A stretch of DNA of 62,247 nucleotides, counting the filler. It is 4 parts of 4 records of this genome, joined end to end, with 100 filler letters (N's around TTAATTAATTAA, not from the genome) between each part and the next. Parts side by side here need not be neighbours in the genome. Positions count along the whole stretch, not along the records: positions 11,565 to 25,315 come from DRR723986_7201; positions 25,416 to 47,864 come from DRR723986_7202; 2 more parts are not named here. One strand, given 5' to 3'. The notes beneath the pieces were generated by a model. That model searched no databases, was not told the origin of the DNA, and saw only the letters and a program-made list of their open reading frames with translations. Position numbers and translations under genes: made by a program. This document shows, piece by piece, positions 23,671 to 32,702 of this stretch; positions within the stretch are counted from its first letter, which is position 1, and every line of letters begins with the position of its first letter.

Positions 23671-25315
23671 TTAGTAGCCGCCATCGCCTCCGTAGCCGCC
23701 CATCCCACCATCACCGCCGGCAGGCTGTGATGGCGTGCTCTCGGCTGCTTCCCGTTCATCACTGAAGTTGTACGTACGGTACAGGAAGAGGTCATCCAGC
23801 TCGGAAGAAAACTCAAGATGCCCGTCTTGATGCAAGATCAGCATCTCGCCAATCGCGGACATCGGGTCATCTCGCGAATAGTTGTCGAGAGGTATACCGC
23901 CCAGGACGTCGACTACCATTCCACCACGAGTCATCTCGTAGTCTTCCTTTGCTTTGATCACTCTGCTGCTAGGAACGATGACTTCTGCATCGAATTCTTC
24001 GTTCAGTGCCGAGCCGCGTTGAACTTTGTCATACCGGTTTGCAAACTTGGCTCCCCCCATCGTTGGATCGAACTGAGTCGCAACAACGGATGCCGATACC
24101 TCTTGGAAACGCGGTACATATCGTGTCTTAGAGAGGTATTTCCCTGGCTTGGCTGTCACACTTCCAAGAAATGTTTCCGAAGCACTGCAGACTCGGAATG
24201 CTGGACTTGGTTCGCTCCAGGCGGTCTTGAGAGGTGTCCGCTCAACGTCAACCGCATCTGGATCATCCGCACCGTCTGCGGCGCGGAGTTTTTGCACCCG
24301 TTCCCAAACGGCGCTTTCCAGGCTACTCGGATCAGGATCCTGAATTTTGGAATCCGATGGATAGTTCGGATCCAACATCACCAGTCGCAGACGGTAACGA
24401 TAGACTTTAGCGATATCTCGAGTGCTCAACATGTCGTAGCACCGAACCATTTTGTGAGTTGGTGGTAACGCACCAGGTGACGCTACTGCTCCGCCGCCGT
24501 ATCCACCACCATAACCACCACCGTAGCCCTCGCCACCGTAGCCGCCATCACCTTCGCCATATCCGCCACCATAACCTCCGTCGCCTTCACCCATTCCAGG
24601 GCCGCCCATGCCGGGTCCCCCCATGCCAGGCCCACCCATGCCGGGTCCCCCCATGCCAGGGCCACCACCGCCGTACATTCCTTCTCCACCACCATACATT
24701 CCTCCGCCAGCGGCGGCACCTTGTCCGGGCGTCATTGGAGCATCCGCGTCCCCCTCATCCTCGGTCTTCGCCTTTTTTGGTTTAGGCGGTCGGTATGCCC
24801 AAGTCCAAGCAATGTCTGGGTGTTTGGACGATTCGTGGTACGAGCGAACCAAAATCGGAGGAATTGGCATCGTGATGTAAACATCTCGATTTGCTCCGCT
24901 CACAACGTCTGCAATCGGTCCTGCTAGAGGAGGTTCCTTTTCGTTCGTTCTCGGCAAACGTGCCGCCCATTTTTGGGTTCGCTGGTAATCATACTGAGTC
25001 CTAAAGTCGGGCAGGGCTTTCCATTCGTTCTCAGCAATGTCCCGGGTAGGATCTGCGGTAACATCAACCCGTTGCAGTTCGAATCCGCGATACTGCGGTG
25101 TATCTCTTCGTGGATCGATGATTCCGGTATTCGCAAAGGCTTCTTCGTAGCTTTTTACCATTTCAGCATGGGGAACCAGAGCGGTTATCGTATTGAACAT
25201 AATCGGTCGCGACCCAAGCTTAGTGCTCCGCCCAGACTTCCGATCACCGCTATTTAGTCCGCCGTCTGCTCCGCCACCAGCTCCGCCCATCCCGGGCCCC
25301 ATACCCATCCCGGGC
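23671..25315 (-). CDS. Planctomycete-type hypothetical protein with Gly/Met/Tyr low-complexity tracts; 5' end truncated
   Basis: Open frame up to the contig edge; GGPGM and GGYG tracts alternate with globular segments (e.g. YRYRLRLVMLDPNYP). Confidence 0.75.
24591..24665. repeat. 15-bp coding tandem repeat (GGPGM x5)
   Basis: Alternating CCATGCCAGG... and CCATGCCGGG... 15-mers encode (GGPGM)n on the minus strand. Confidence 0.85.
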
Positions 25316-25415
25316 NNNNNNNNNNNNNNNNNNNNNNNNNNNNNNNNNNNNNNNNNNNNTTAATTAATTAANNNNNNNNNNNNNNNNNNNNNNNNNNNNN
25401 NNNNNNNNNNNNNNN
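25316..25415. other. Artificial contig spacer
   Basis: N44-TTAATTAATTAA-N44. Confidence 0.99.
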
Positions 25416-25532
25416 CCCCCGCCAATAAGACCCGAAAGCGTCGCCTCCAAGGGTCTGGAGCCCGGTCGCATGGGCAGGGCGCGCAACAGCGGCGGCGGCA
25501 AGGGCGAGGAAGTGGCGGCGGGTCAGGGGCAT
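25416..25532 (-). CDS. apbE: Probable FAD:protein FMN transferase ApbE, N-terminal 39 codons only (Tat-type signal)
   Basis: Not in the ORF track. Translates as MPLTRRHFLALAAAAVARPAHATGLQTLGGDAFGSYWRG: a twin-arginine signal, then an ApbE-like 'G.AFG(T/S).W' start. Lies 3 nt after the nqrF stop, the usual apbE position. Confidence 0.65.
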
Positions 25533-25535
25533 GGG

Positions 25536-26750
25536 TCAGCTCGCAAAATCGTCGAAGAAGATGGCATCCGGCTCGACCCCGAGGTCGTCCAGCATGGTGA
25601 TCACCGCCCGCATCATCAGGGGCGGACCGCAGAGATAGTAGTCGCAGGCATCGGGCGCAGGGTGGTTGCCCAGATAGGCCCGCAAGGCGACGTCATGGAT
25701 AAAGCCGGTCTCACCGGTCCAGCCATCTTCGGCCTGCGGATCAGACAGGGCGACGGTCCAACTGAAATTCGGGTGCGTTGCGGCCAGCGCCTTGAACTCT
25801 TCATCATAGAACAGGTCCGACCGGCTGCGTGCGCCGTAGAAATAGGAGATACGCCGTGGTGTGCCGGTCGCAGTCAGTTGTTCATGTGCGATGGCACGCA
25901 AGGGGGCCATTCCAACACCGCCGCCGATCAGCACGATCTCTCGGTCAGAGGGGCGCACGCGGAAGGTGCCGTAAGGGCCAGCCAACGCCAGACGGTCGCC
26001 GGATTTCAGCCCGAAGAGGTAGGACGACACCACGCCGGGCGGTACACCGGGCTTGCCCACGGGCGGCAGGGCAAGGCGGATGTTGAACACGACCTTGCCT
26101 GCGTCTTCTGGCCGATTCGCAATGGAATAGGCGCGCGAGACGGGTTCGGGGCTGCGGGCGGACAGGGATCGCAGGCCGCGACGATCCCAGATGCTTGCAA
26201 AATCGCCTGCATCGACCTTGGCAAAATCCAACGCATAGGCGGGGGCTGTCAGTTGCCCGTATTCCCCGGCGATGAAATCGAAATCGGCCCCGTCGGGCAA
26301 TGCCAGAACCAGTTCCTTTATCAGCGGCGCGAGAGAGTGGTTAGACAGAACCTCGCAGTCATAGCTTTCCGCCGACAGGATATCGTCGGGCACCTGCACG
26401 GCCATCGGTCCGCGCAACACGGTCTGACAGGCCAGCCGTTCGCCCCTGTCCGTTGCCGGTTTGCCAAGCGTTCCTGTTTCGGTCGCGAGCGGCGATCCGG
26501 GGTTTTCGACAGTCACCCGACACAGCCCGCATGTTCCCGCCCCGGCGCAGCCCGACGGCATTGGGATGCCGCCTGCCTTCAGCGCATCCAGCAGCTTCTC
26601 ACCTGTTCGGGCCTGAACCTCTCGCCGTCCGTTCACCATCAAGCGCACAGGGCGAGATGGCACCAGCACCGCCCGCGCGGCCATGACGCCAAGCGCCAGC
26701 GCCATGACCAGTGCAACCAGAAGAAGGGTGGCGAGCAGGATCTGGGTCAT
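25536..26750 (-). CDS. nqrF: NADH:quinone reductase (Na+-NQR) subunit F
   Basis: N-terminal TM helix; 2Fe-2S '[10 protein letters not shown]...RLACQ'; FAD motif 'RAYSIAN'; NAD motif '[10 protein letters not shown]'; 'YYLCGPP...FFDDF'. The ATG at 26750 overlaps the nqrE stop (ATGA). Confidence 0.92.
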   Translation of the reverse strand: MTQILLATLLLVALVMALALGVMAARAVLVPSRPVRLMVNGRREVQARTGEKLLDALKAGGIPMPSGCAGAGTCGLCRVTVENPGSPLATETGTLGKPATDRGERLACQTVLRGPMAVQVPDDILSAESYDCEVLSNHSLAPLIKELVLALPDGADFDFIAGEYGQLTAPAYALDFAKVDAGDFASIWDRRGLRSLSARSPEPVSRAYSIANRPEDAGKVVFNIRLALPPVGKPGVPPGVVSSYLFGLKSGDRLALAGPYGTFRVRPSDREIVLIGGGVGMAPLRAIAHEQLTATGTPRRISYFYGARSRSDLFYDEEFKALAATHPNFSWTVALSDPQAEDGWTGETGFIHDVALRAYLGNHPAPDACDYYLCGPPLMMRAVITMLDDLGVEPDAIFFDDFAS

Positions 26751-27349
26751 GGCGCGGCCATCGTGGCAAAGGCGGTGAAGGCCATGGACATGAGGCCCGT
26801 GACGATGAAGGTCATCCCTAGCCCGCGCAGACCGGCGGGCATGTCGGCATAGGCCAGCCTCTCGCGGATCGCGGCCAAAGCTACAATGGCCAAGGCCCAT
26901 CCCAACCCGCTGCCGAAGCCGAAGACGATGGACTCCCCGAACCCGTAAGACCGTTCCGCCATGAACAGGCTACCGCCCAGAATGGCGCAATTGACCGTGA
27001 TCAACGGCAGGTAGATGCCAAGCGCCGCGTAAAGCGCCGGTGCAAAGCGATCCAGCACCATTTCCAGCACCTGCACCATGGCCGCAATGACCCCGATGAA
27101 TGCGATAAGCCTGAGGAATGTCAGGTCCACATCGCCCGCACCGATCCACCCCCACGCCCCCGGTGCCAGCAGCACATTCAGGATCAACTGGTTGACCGGC
27201 ACCGTGATCGTCAGGATCACGATAATCGCAACCCCAAGGCCAAGCGCCGTTTCCACCCGTTTCGACACCGCCAGAAAAGTACACACGCCCAGAAAGAAGC
27301 TGAGGATCAGGTTGTCGGCAAAGACCGCGCGAAGGAATAGGTCGGTCAT
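26747..27349 (-). CDS. nqrE: Na+-NQR subunit E
   Basis: '[13 protein letters not shown]', '[11 protein letters not shown]' and '[12 protein letters not shown]' with both Fe-S cysteines. Confidence 0.93.
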   Translation of the reverse strand: MTDLFLRAVFADNLILSFFLGVCTFLAVSKRVETALGLGVAIIVILTITVPVNQLILNVLLAPGAWGWIGAGDVDLTFLRLIAFIGVIAAMVQVLEMVLDRFAPALYAALGIYLPLITVNCAILGGSLFMAERSYGFGESIVFGFGSGLGWALAIVALAAIRERLAYADMPAGLRGLGMTFIVTGLMSMAFTAFATMAAP

Positions 27350-27999
27350 GACAACGCCTCCTCCCGATCCACATGGGTTGTTGCAGGCTCTGCCTGTTCC
27401 ACCCGCCAGCTTCGCAGCGCCCAGACCAGAAGGCCAAGCAGCATGAACGCAGACGGCGCCAGCAGCATGAAGCCGAAGGGCTGATACCAGCCGCCATTGG
27501 CCACGGTCGGGAAAATGGAGATGCCAAAGAGCGTGCCGAAGCCCAGAAGCTCCCGCACGAAGGCGATAACCATCAGGATTGCGGAGTACCCCGCGCCGTT
27601 GCCCAGCGCGTCAAGGATGCTGGGCCCGACAGGGTTCGACATGGCAAACGCCTCGGCCCGGCCAAGAACGATACAGTTGGTCACGATCAGCGACACGAAG
27701 ATCGAAAGCCGCTGACTGATCGCATAGGCATAGGCCTGAAGGATCAGGTCCGCGACGATGACCATGGCGGCGATGATGGTGATTTGCAGGATCAGCCGGA
27801 TCTGCGCAGGGATATGACGGCGGATCAGCGAGATGACCGCGTTCGAGGCAACCAGAACGGCCGTCAGCGCGAAGCTCATGGTCAGGGCGGTTGTCATCGA
27901 CGTGGTGACCGCGAGCGCCGAGCAGATACCCAGAATCTGTACCGTCACCGGGTTGTCGCGCAACAGCGGGTCGAGAAGCGGTTTCAGCGCGGCCCTCAT
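27346..27999 (-). CDS. nqrD: Na+-NQR subunit D
   Basis: '[17 protein letters not shown]', '[16 protein letters not shown]', 'LLAPSAF'. Start ATG 27999 is coupled to the nqrC stop. Confidence 0.93.
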   Translation of the reverse strand: MRAALKPLLDPLLRDNPVTVQILGICSALAVTTSMTTALTMSFALTAVLVASNAVISLIRRHIPAQIRLILQITIIAAMVIVADLILQAYAYAISQRLSIFVSLIVTNCIVLGRAEAFAMSNPVGPSILDALGNGAGYSAILMVIAFVRELLGFGTLFGISIFPTVANGGWYQPFGFMLLAPSAFMLLGLLVWALRSWRVEQAEPATTHVDREEALS

Positions 28000-28769
28000 C
28001 ACAGATCCCCACTGCGCAAGGCGTCCAGAACCGGGCCAAAGCCAAGCGGCCCGATCCAGAAACGGATCATGTTCTGCACCCCGTTGGAACTGCGGGTCGC
28101 ACCGGTGATTGCATCGACCTCGTATTCCGTTGTGCCCCCACCCCGGACCACGGCAACGCGGATGTCTCCCACCTCGTCCATCAGCTGCGTTCCCGGCCAT
28201 TGCGCCAGCCAGCCGGGCGTCTGGATCGTGGCCCCAAGCCCCGGCGTTTCGCCCTGCTCGGTTATTGCGAGGCCCACCACGGTGTTCAGGTCAGGCCCAA
28301 GCGCCAGATATCCCCGGATTGTCGATTGATAGCCCTGCCCGTAGACCGGCAGGATCACCAGGGCCAGATCACGCCCGTCACGGGCCATGAAGATCTGTTG
28401 CAGATCGGGCCGGGTGCCGATGCCCGCAATGTCGTCGTCAGGGGTCAGCTCCGTCACTTGGGCAGGGTCAACCGCGTCTGCCAGCGACAGATCACGCAGA
28501 TCCACGGTCAGCACCTCCAGGCTGTCGATCCCGCTGCCCGGCAACACCTCGGCCAGTCCCGGCGTCTCGGCAATCAGTGCCTCCAGCCGTGCGCGACGTT
28601 CGGCTTCTCGGTTGGCGTCTAGCCTCGGCCCAAGCAGGACCGCCGCGCTGGACACCGCAAGCGCCGCCACGAAGGACACGAGAAACGCCATGCTCAGCGT
28701 TTTGCCTCGGCTGTCATTCGGGGCCGCAAGCAGGCGTTGCCACAGGGTTATCGGGTTCAAATCAGGCAT
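27999..28769 (-). CDS. nqrC: Na+-NQR subunit C (FMN-binding)
   Basis: N-terminal TM helix; 'ILPVYGQG', 'GETPGLG' and the flavinylation motif 'VDAITGATRSS'. Confidence 0.9.
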   Translation of the reverse strand: MPDLNPITLWQRLLAAPNDSRGKTLSMAFLVSFVAALAVSSAAVLLGPRLDANREAERRARLEALIAETPGLAEVLPGSGIDSLEVLTVDLRDLSLADAVDPAQVTELTPDDDIAGIGTRPDLQQIFMARDGRDLALVILPVYGQGYQSTIRGYLALGPDLNTVVGLAITEQGETPGLGATIQTPGWLAQWPGTQLMDEVGDIRVAVVRGGGTTEYEVDAITGATRSSNGVQNMIRFWIGPLGFGPVLDALRSGDL

Positions 28770-29547
28770 GTCGCCGCCCCCTTGCATGGCGCTTCATCGC
28801 AAGCGCCGCATAGTCGATTGTCGGCGCAAAGACCTGCGCCAGAAGCACCGCGAAGACGGTGGCGCGTTCCGCCCCCGCCAGCCCCTCGGCCCCTGCCAGA
28901 AGAGCGATCAATGCGCCGCCAAGCAGGCCGTAGACCAGCCGCGCGGGCGACGTTGTCGGCGCGGTCACCGGGTCGGCCAGCAACAGCAGCCCGAAGCCCG
29001 CGCCCCCGGCCAGCAAAGCGGTTTCCAAAGGCGCACCTATCAGGGCCATCGTTCCAAGCATGCCAACGATACTCCCGAACAACGCCGGTAGCGGCAGAAT
29101 GCCGAGCGACAGTAGCAGCAGGGCCGAAATGCCCGAGGCAAGCAACATTGTGGTTTCCGACCCCTGCCCTGCGCCACCCGGCCAAGTCAGGAACACCATC
29201 GCCAGCGCCACCGGAGCGGCCCCAACCACGTTGCGACCCCACCCGCCGAAGATGAGGTCGGCCAAAACGATGCCAAAGCTCGCCCCGAGCGCCAGTTGCA
29301 GCGGCGACAGACCCGACGGGGCCAGCACCGCCATCGACACCGCCAGCACCGCGCCCGTGGGTGACCATGGCACCCCGCGCTGCCTGCGGAACAGCAGCTG
29401 CCACAGCGACGCGACGGCCAGCACCGCGCCGATGCGCAACACGCCCTCGACCCCTTGTTCCACCAAGACGACGGCAGCAGGCGGTAGGAGGGCGGCAACC
29501 ATCGCCCACCCGATCATGTCCCGAGACCAGAGCCCGCGCGCTGTCAT
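28762..29547 (-). CDS. nqrB: Shortened NqrB/RnfD-family membrane subunit (261 aa) lacking the flavinylation loop
   Basis: 'IFGGWGRN', 'ADPVTAP' and 'FAPTID' match NqrB/RnfD, and the operon position fits. There is no (S/T)GAT motif and the protein is far shorter than canonical NqrB (~400 aa). Confidence 0.8.
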   Translation of the reverse strand: MTARGLWSRDMIGWAMVAALLPPAAVVLVEQGVEGVLRIGAVLAVASLWQLLFRRQRGVPWSPTGAVLAVSMAVLAPSGLSPLQLALGASFGIVLADLIFGGWGRNVVGAAPVALAMVFLTWPGGAGQGSETTMLLASGISALLLLSLGILPLPALFGSIVGMLGTMALIGAPLETALLAGGAGFGLLLLADPVTAPTTSPARLVYGLLGGALIALLAGAEGLAGAERATVFAVLLAQVFAPTIDYAALAMKRHARGRRHA

Positions 29548-30767
29548 GCTGCCTCCAACCTGTCCAGAACGGCCCGAAGGCGAACCGCGAAGTCTTCCAT
29601 GCCGCCGGACAGATAGGTGGCAAGGGCCATGTCATCTTCCAGCAACCCCAGAACCCCCATCCGTTCGGCCTGCTCTGCTTCGCCCACGCTAAGCGCCCGC
29701 AAAAGCGCCACGGCTGACAAATCAGGCCCAAGCGATCGGGCCAAGGCGGCATTGGGGATCATCGCCGAGCGTTTGAGGTTCGTTGACCTGCGCGTCGCAT
29801 GGGCAGGGACAGCCCGGGGGATCAGGGTGATTTGCAGATGCCTGCGCCGCAGGAAACGGCTCTCTTGCCCGGACGGCACCGGGCCGGATAGCACGCGATA
29901 GCCGGTGCCGTTGGCCTCTTGCCCTGACAGCGCCTCGATATCCACCCCGATAGGCAGGCGCAGCAGACGCGGATCCGCTGCCGCCGGGCCAGACAGGGAC
30001 ACCACCCTATCTGCAGGCAAGGCCCCCTCGCGCAGCAATTGCCCAAGCGCCAGCACATCGGCATAGCCGATTTGCCAGACCGGATGGGACGCTGATGCCG
30101 GGCATAGTCGTTCCACATGCACACCGGGCATCCCCGCCGGGTGCGGGCCCTTGAAACCAGCCACATGAATCCGGTCGGTGATCCTTGCCAGTTCCGGCCC
30201 CGGGGCCTGACAGACAAAGACCGGGCCGGGCCCCAGATGGCAGAGCGCCTGAACGCCGGCATTGAAATTCCCCGCCTCGGCCCGGATCAGCGGGGCCGGA
30301 TCAACGGCGCCCGGTTCGGTTGCCATGGCGGTGACCACGATGGCAGAGGGAGTTTCGTCCGGTAACGGCACATTCCCGAAGGGCCTGCGCAGCATCGCAG
30401 TCCATAACCCGCTGCTCAGCATCAGGTGGCGCACGCCTTCGGCACTGTCGGATTTCGCAACATCGAACCGGCGCGCCGCACCCGCGCCACGCCGGATCAC
30501 GATCCGGGACACTTGCCGTCGGGCACCGATAACGATGTTCATTACCGTGCCGCTGACCGGACTGACCACAACCCTTTCGGGCAGCGCGTGATCGTGCAGA
30601 ACGGCCTGTCCCGCGACCACGGCATCGCCTTCCGCAACCACCGCGCGCAGCTTCATCCCCGGATAGTCTGCTCCGATCAGGCCCACGCAATCGGGTAGCG
30701 TCGCCATCCCGATCTCCTGCCGGGGGGCACCGTCATCGGGCAGTCTGACACCTTTGACACGAGGCAA
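29544..30767 (-). CDS. nqrA: Divergent NqrA-family subunit
   Basis: 'DYPGMK...VAEGDAV..GQ...SPVSGTV', 'SGLWTAMLRRPFG', 'GPHPAG..GVH', 'LLRAL..G..E.AE.MG.L.L.EDD.AL'. TTG start preceded by a GGAG RBS. Confidence 0.85.
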   Translation of the reverse strand: MPRVKGVRLPDDGAPRQEIGMATLPDCVGLIGADYPGMKLRAVVAEGDAVVAGQAVLHDHALPERVVVSPVSGTVMNIVIGARRQVSRIVIRRGAGAARRFDVAKSDSAEGVRHLMLSSGLWTAMLRRPFGNVPLPDETPSAIVVTAMATEPGAVDPAPLIRAEAGNFNAGVQALCHLGPGPVFVCQAPGPELARITDRIHVAGFKGPHPAGMPGVHVERLCPASASHPVWQIGYADVLALGQLLREGALPADRVVSLSGPAAADPRLLRLPIGVDIEALSGQEANGTGYRVLSGPVPSGQESRFLRRRHLQITLIPRAVPAHATRRSTNLKRSAMIPNAALARSLGPDLSAVALLRALSVGEAEQAERMGVLGLLEDDMALATYLSGGMEDFAVRLRAVLDRLEAA

Positions 30768-30837
30768 ATCGGGATACTCCAGCTGGATCGGACAGGGCCG
30801 CTTCGATCCACCTTACCGTGTATCGACCCGCCCCGGA

Positions 30838-30851
30838 TTGACTGAGGTCAA
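30838..30851. promoter_or_regulatory. FNR/FnrL (Crp-Fnr family) box serving two divergent promoters
   Basis: Perfect palindrome TTGAC-tgag-GTCAA (consensus TTGAY-N4-RTCAA). A -10-like hexamer lies exactly 22 nt away on each side: CATACT 30874-30879 (+) and TAAGGT 30815-30810 (-). Confidence 0.85.
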
Positions 30852-30915
30852 TGCCGGTCAAGTTGCATGGGCGCATACTCGGACAATCGCTGTTGCCGCC
30901 CCTAAGGAGACTGCC

Positions 30916-31989
30916 ATGAATTTCGCCCGCGCCAGCCTGCTGGCCCTACTCACCGCCTTCTCGCCCTCCGCCCTGATTGCTCAGGAGGGCGGCACCGCTG
31001 CCGCTGTTCAGGCCTGGGTGCAATCGGCCCATGGCGACGCCGCCGCCGAGGCTTTTGCCCATTGGAGCGGCGAGGACGAAGTGCCCGCCGCCTGTGCTGT
31101 CTGTCATTCCGGGGCGGGGTTCCGGGATTTTCACGGATTGGACGGAACCGCCGCTGGCGTCATCGACCAGACCATCGCGCCGGGGGGCGTGGTGGATTGC
31201 GACACCTGCCACACGGATGGCGTGTCCGCGATTACCGAGATCACTTTCCCCTCTGGCGTGACAATGACCGCATTGCCCAATGCGGGCACTTGCCTGACCT
31301 GCCATCAGGGCCGGTCGTCTGGCCCGACGCTGCAAGGGCAACTGGCCGGAATGGATCCCGACACCCCGAATGACGAACTGCGCTTCGTGAACCCGCATTA
31401 TGCGGCCGCAGGTGCAACAACCTTCGGGTCAGAGGTTGCGGGGCTATATGAATACATGGGCCAGACCTATGACGGCGCCTTCAGCCATACCGGCCCCATC
31501 ACCACCTGTTCTTCCTGCCACGATCCGCATTCGCTGGAAGTGGATACAACAGGCTGCGTCAGCTGCCATGAAAACGCCGATCCCGCCACGATCCGCATCT
31601 CGCGCATCGACTATGACGGCGATGGCGACATCACCGAAGGCATCTCTGCCGAGGTCGAAGGCCTGCGCCTGATTCTGGCCGCCGAGATCGCCGCCTATGC
31701 GGAAACCGTTGCAGGCGCGCCAATCCTGTATGAACTGCACACCTACCCGTATTTCTTCAACGACCTGAACGGAAATGGCGGCATCGACGATGGCGAGGCG
31801 ATCTACCCGAACCAATACGCAAGCTGGACGCCACGCCTTCTGGCTGCCGCCTACAACTTCCAGTTCGTGACGCGCGATCCGGGCGGGTATGCGCATAACC
31901 CGAACTACACATTGCAGGCGATCCATGACAGCATCATGGACCTTGCCGAAGCCTCGGGCCGCCCGGCACCTGCGATCAACCGGCCCTGA
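30916..31989 (+). CDS. Periplasmic pentaheme cytochrome c
   Basis: AAGGAG RBS; Sec signal (..SALIA|QE); five CxxCH motifs (CAVCH, CDTCH, CLTCH, CSSCH, CVSCH); two Dx[DN]G[DN]G loops. Confidence 0.92.
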   Translation: MNFARASLLALLTAFSPSALIAQEGGTAAAVQAWVQSAHGDAAAEAFAHWSGEDEVPAACAVCHSGAGFRDFHGLDGTAAGVIDQTIAPGGVVDCDTCHTDGVSAITEITFPSGVTMTALPNAGTCLTCHQGRSSGPTLQGQLAGMDPDTPNDELRFVNPHYAAAGATTFGSEVAGLYEYMGQTYDGAFSHTGPITTCSSCHDPHSLEVDTTGCVSCHENADPATIRISRIDYDGDGDITEGISAEVEGLRLILAAEIAAYAETVAGAPILYELHTYPYFFNDLNGNGGIDDGEAIYPNQYASWTPRLLAAAYNFQFVTRDPGGYAHNPNYTLQAIHDSIMDLAEASGRPAPAINRP

Positions 31990-32010
31990 ATCGGCCCGGA
32001 CCCGGCGGCG

Positions 32011-32664
32011 TCACAAGCCGCCCGCCGGGTCGATCAGCCCCTCGCGCAGCGCATAGGCGATCAGTTGCGCGACGGAATGCACGTCGAGCTTTTGCATCAG
32101 GCTGGTGCGGTGGCGATCCACGGTCTTGGCACTGATCCCGAGCGTTTCGGCCATTTCCTTGTTCGACTGGCCCGAGACAATCAGGTTCAGCGTCTGGCGT
32201 TCCCGCGCTGTCAGTTCCGGCACTTTCGGTGCGTCTTCCAGCATCGCGACGAAGCTTTCCGCGATGTGACGCCGCCCGCGCAGGATGTTGGGCAATTGCC
32301 GGTACAGCTCTGCATTGTCCTCGCCTTTGGAAAACAGGCCATCCACGCCGCTTGACACCAGTTCGCTGATCTTGCCCACGGACATGACGCCGGTCAAAAT
32401 CACGATTTTGGTGTCAGGCGACCAGCGGCGCGCTTCCAGCAGCACCTCCAACCCGCCAGCATGAGGCATCTGAACATCCAGCAGCAATAGATGCGGGCGG
32501 TGCTGGCGCAGCGCGGCGATGGCCTGCAAGCCGTCCGCCGCCTCGGCCACCACGCCGATCCCGTCTGTTTCCACCATTCCGGGGGTTTCCAGCGCGGTGC
32601 GCAACCCTGCCCGCACGATGGCATGATCGTCTGCAATAACAGCGTGAAATCTTGGCTCGGGCAA
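32011..32664 (-). CDS. NarL/FixJ-family response regulator (REC + LuxR HTH)
   Basis: 'ADDHAIVRAGL', 'LLDVQMP', 'LTARERQTL...GQSNKEMA..LGIS.KTV..HR..LMQKL'. Confidence 0.93.
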   Translation of the reverse strand: MPEPRFHAVIADDHAIVRAGLRTALETPGMVETDGIGVVAEAADGLQAIAALRQHRPHLLLLDVQMPHAGGLEVLLEARRWSPDTKIVILTGVMSVGKISELVSSGVDGLFSKGEDNAELYRQLPNILRGRRHIAESFVAMLEDAPKVPELTARERQTLNLIVSGQSNKEMAETLGISAKTVDRHRTSLMQKLDVHSVAQLIAYALREGLIDPAGGL

Positions 32665-32702
32665 TCTAAGCTCCCCTCATTATCTTTCGAAAAGGCAATC
32701 TG

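Noticed and set aside
24591-24665. Short tandem repeat as CRISPR or a contingency locus
   Set aside because: It is an in-frame 15-bp coding repeat with synonymous variation and no spacers.
25470-26852. 460-aa plus-strand ORF opposite nqrF, and similar long antisense ORFs (27373-28329, 36257-37336, 37370-38302, 43011-43970, 44164-45771, 13701-14726)
   Set aside because: They are shadow frames of well-supported genes in GC-rich DNA and carry no motifs of their own.
28757-29752. 331-aa alternative minus-strand ORF over nqrB, raising the possibility that the missing FMN loop is hidden by a frameshift
   Set aside because: That frame is Arg/Gly-rich with no NqrB motifs. The 261-aa frame runs unbroken between the nqrA and nqrC overlaps, leaving no spare DNA for the loop.
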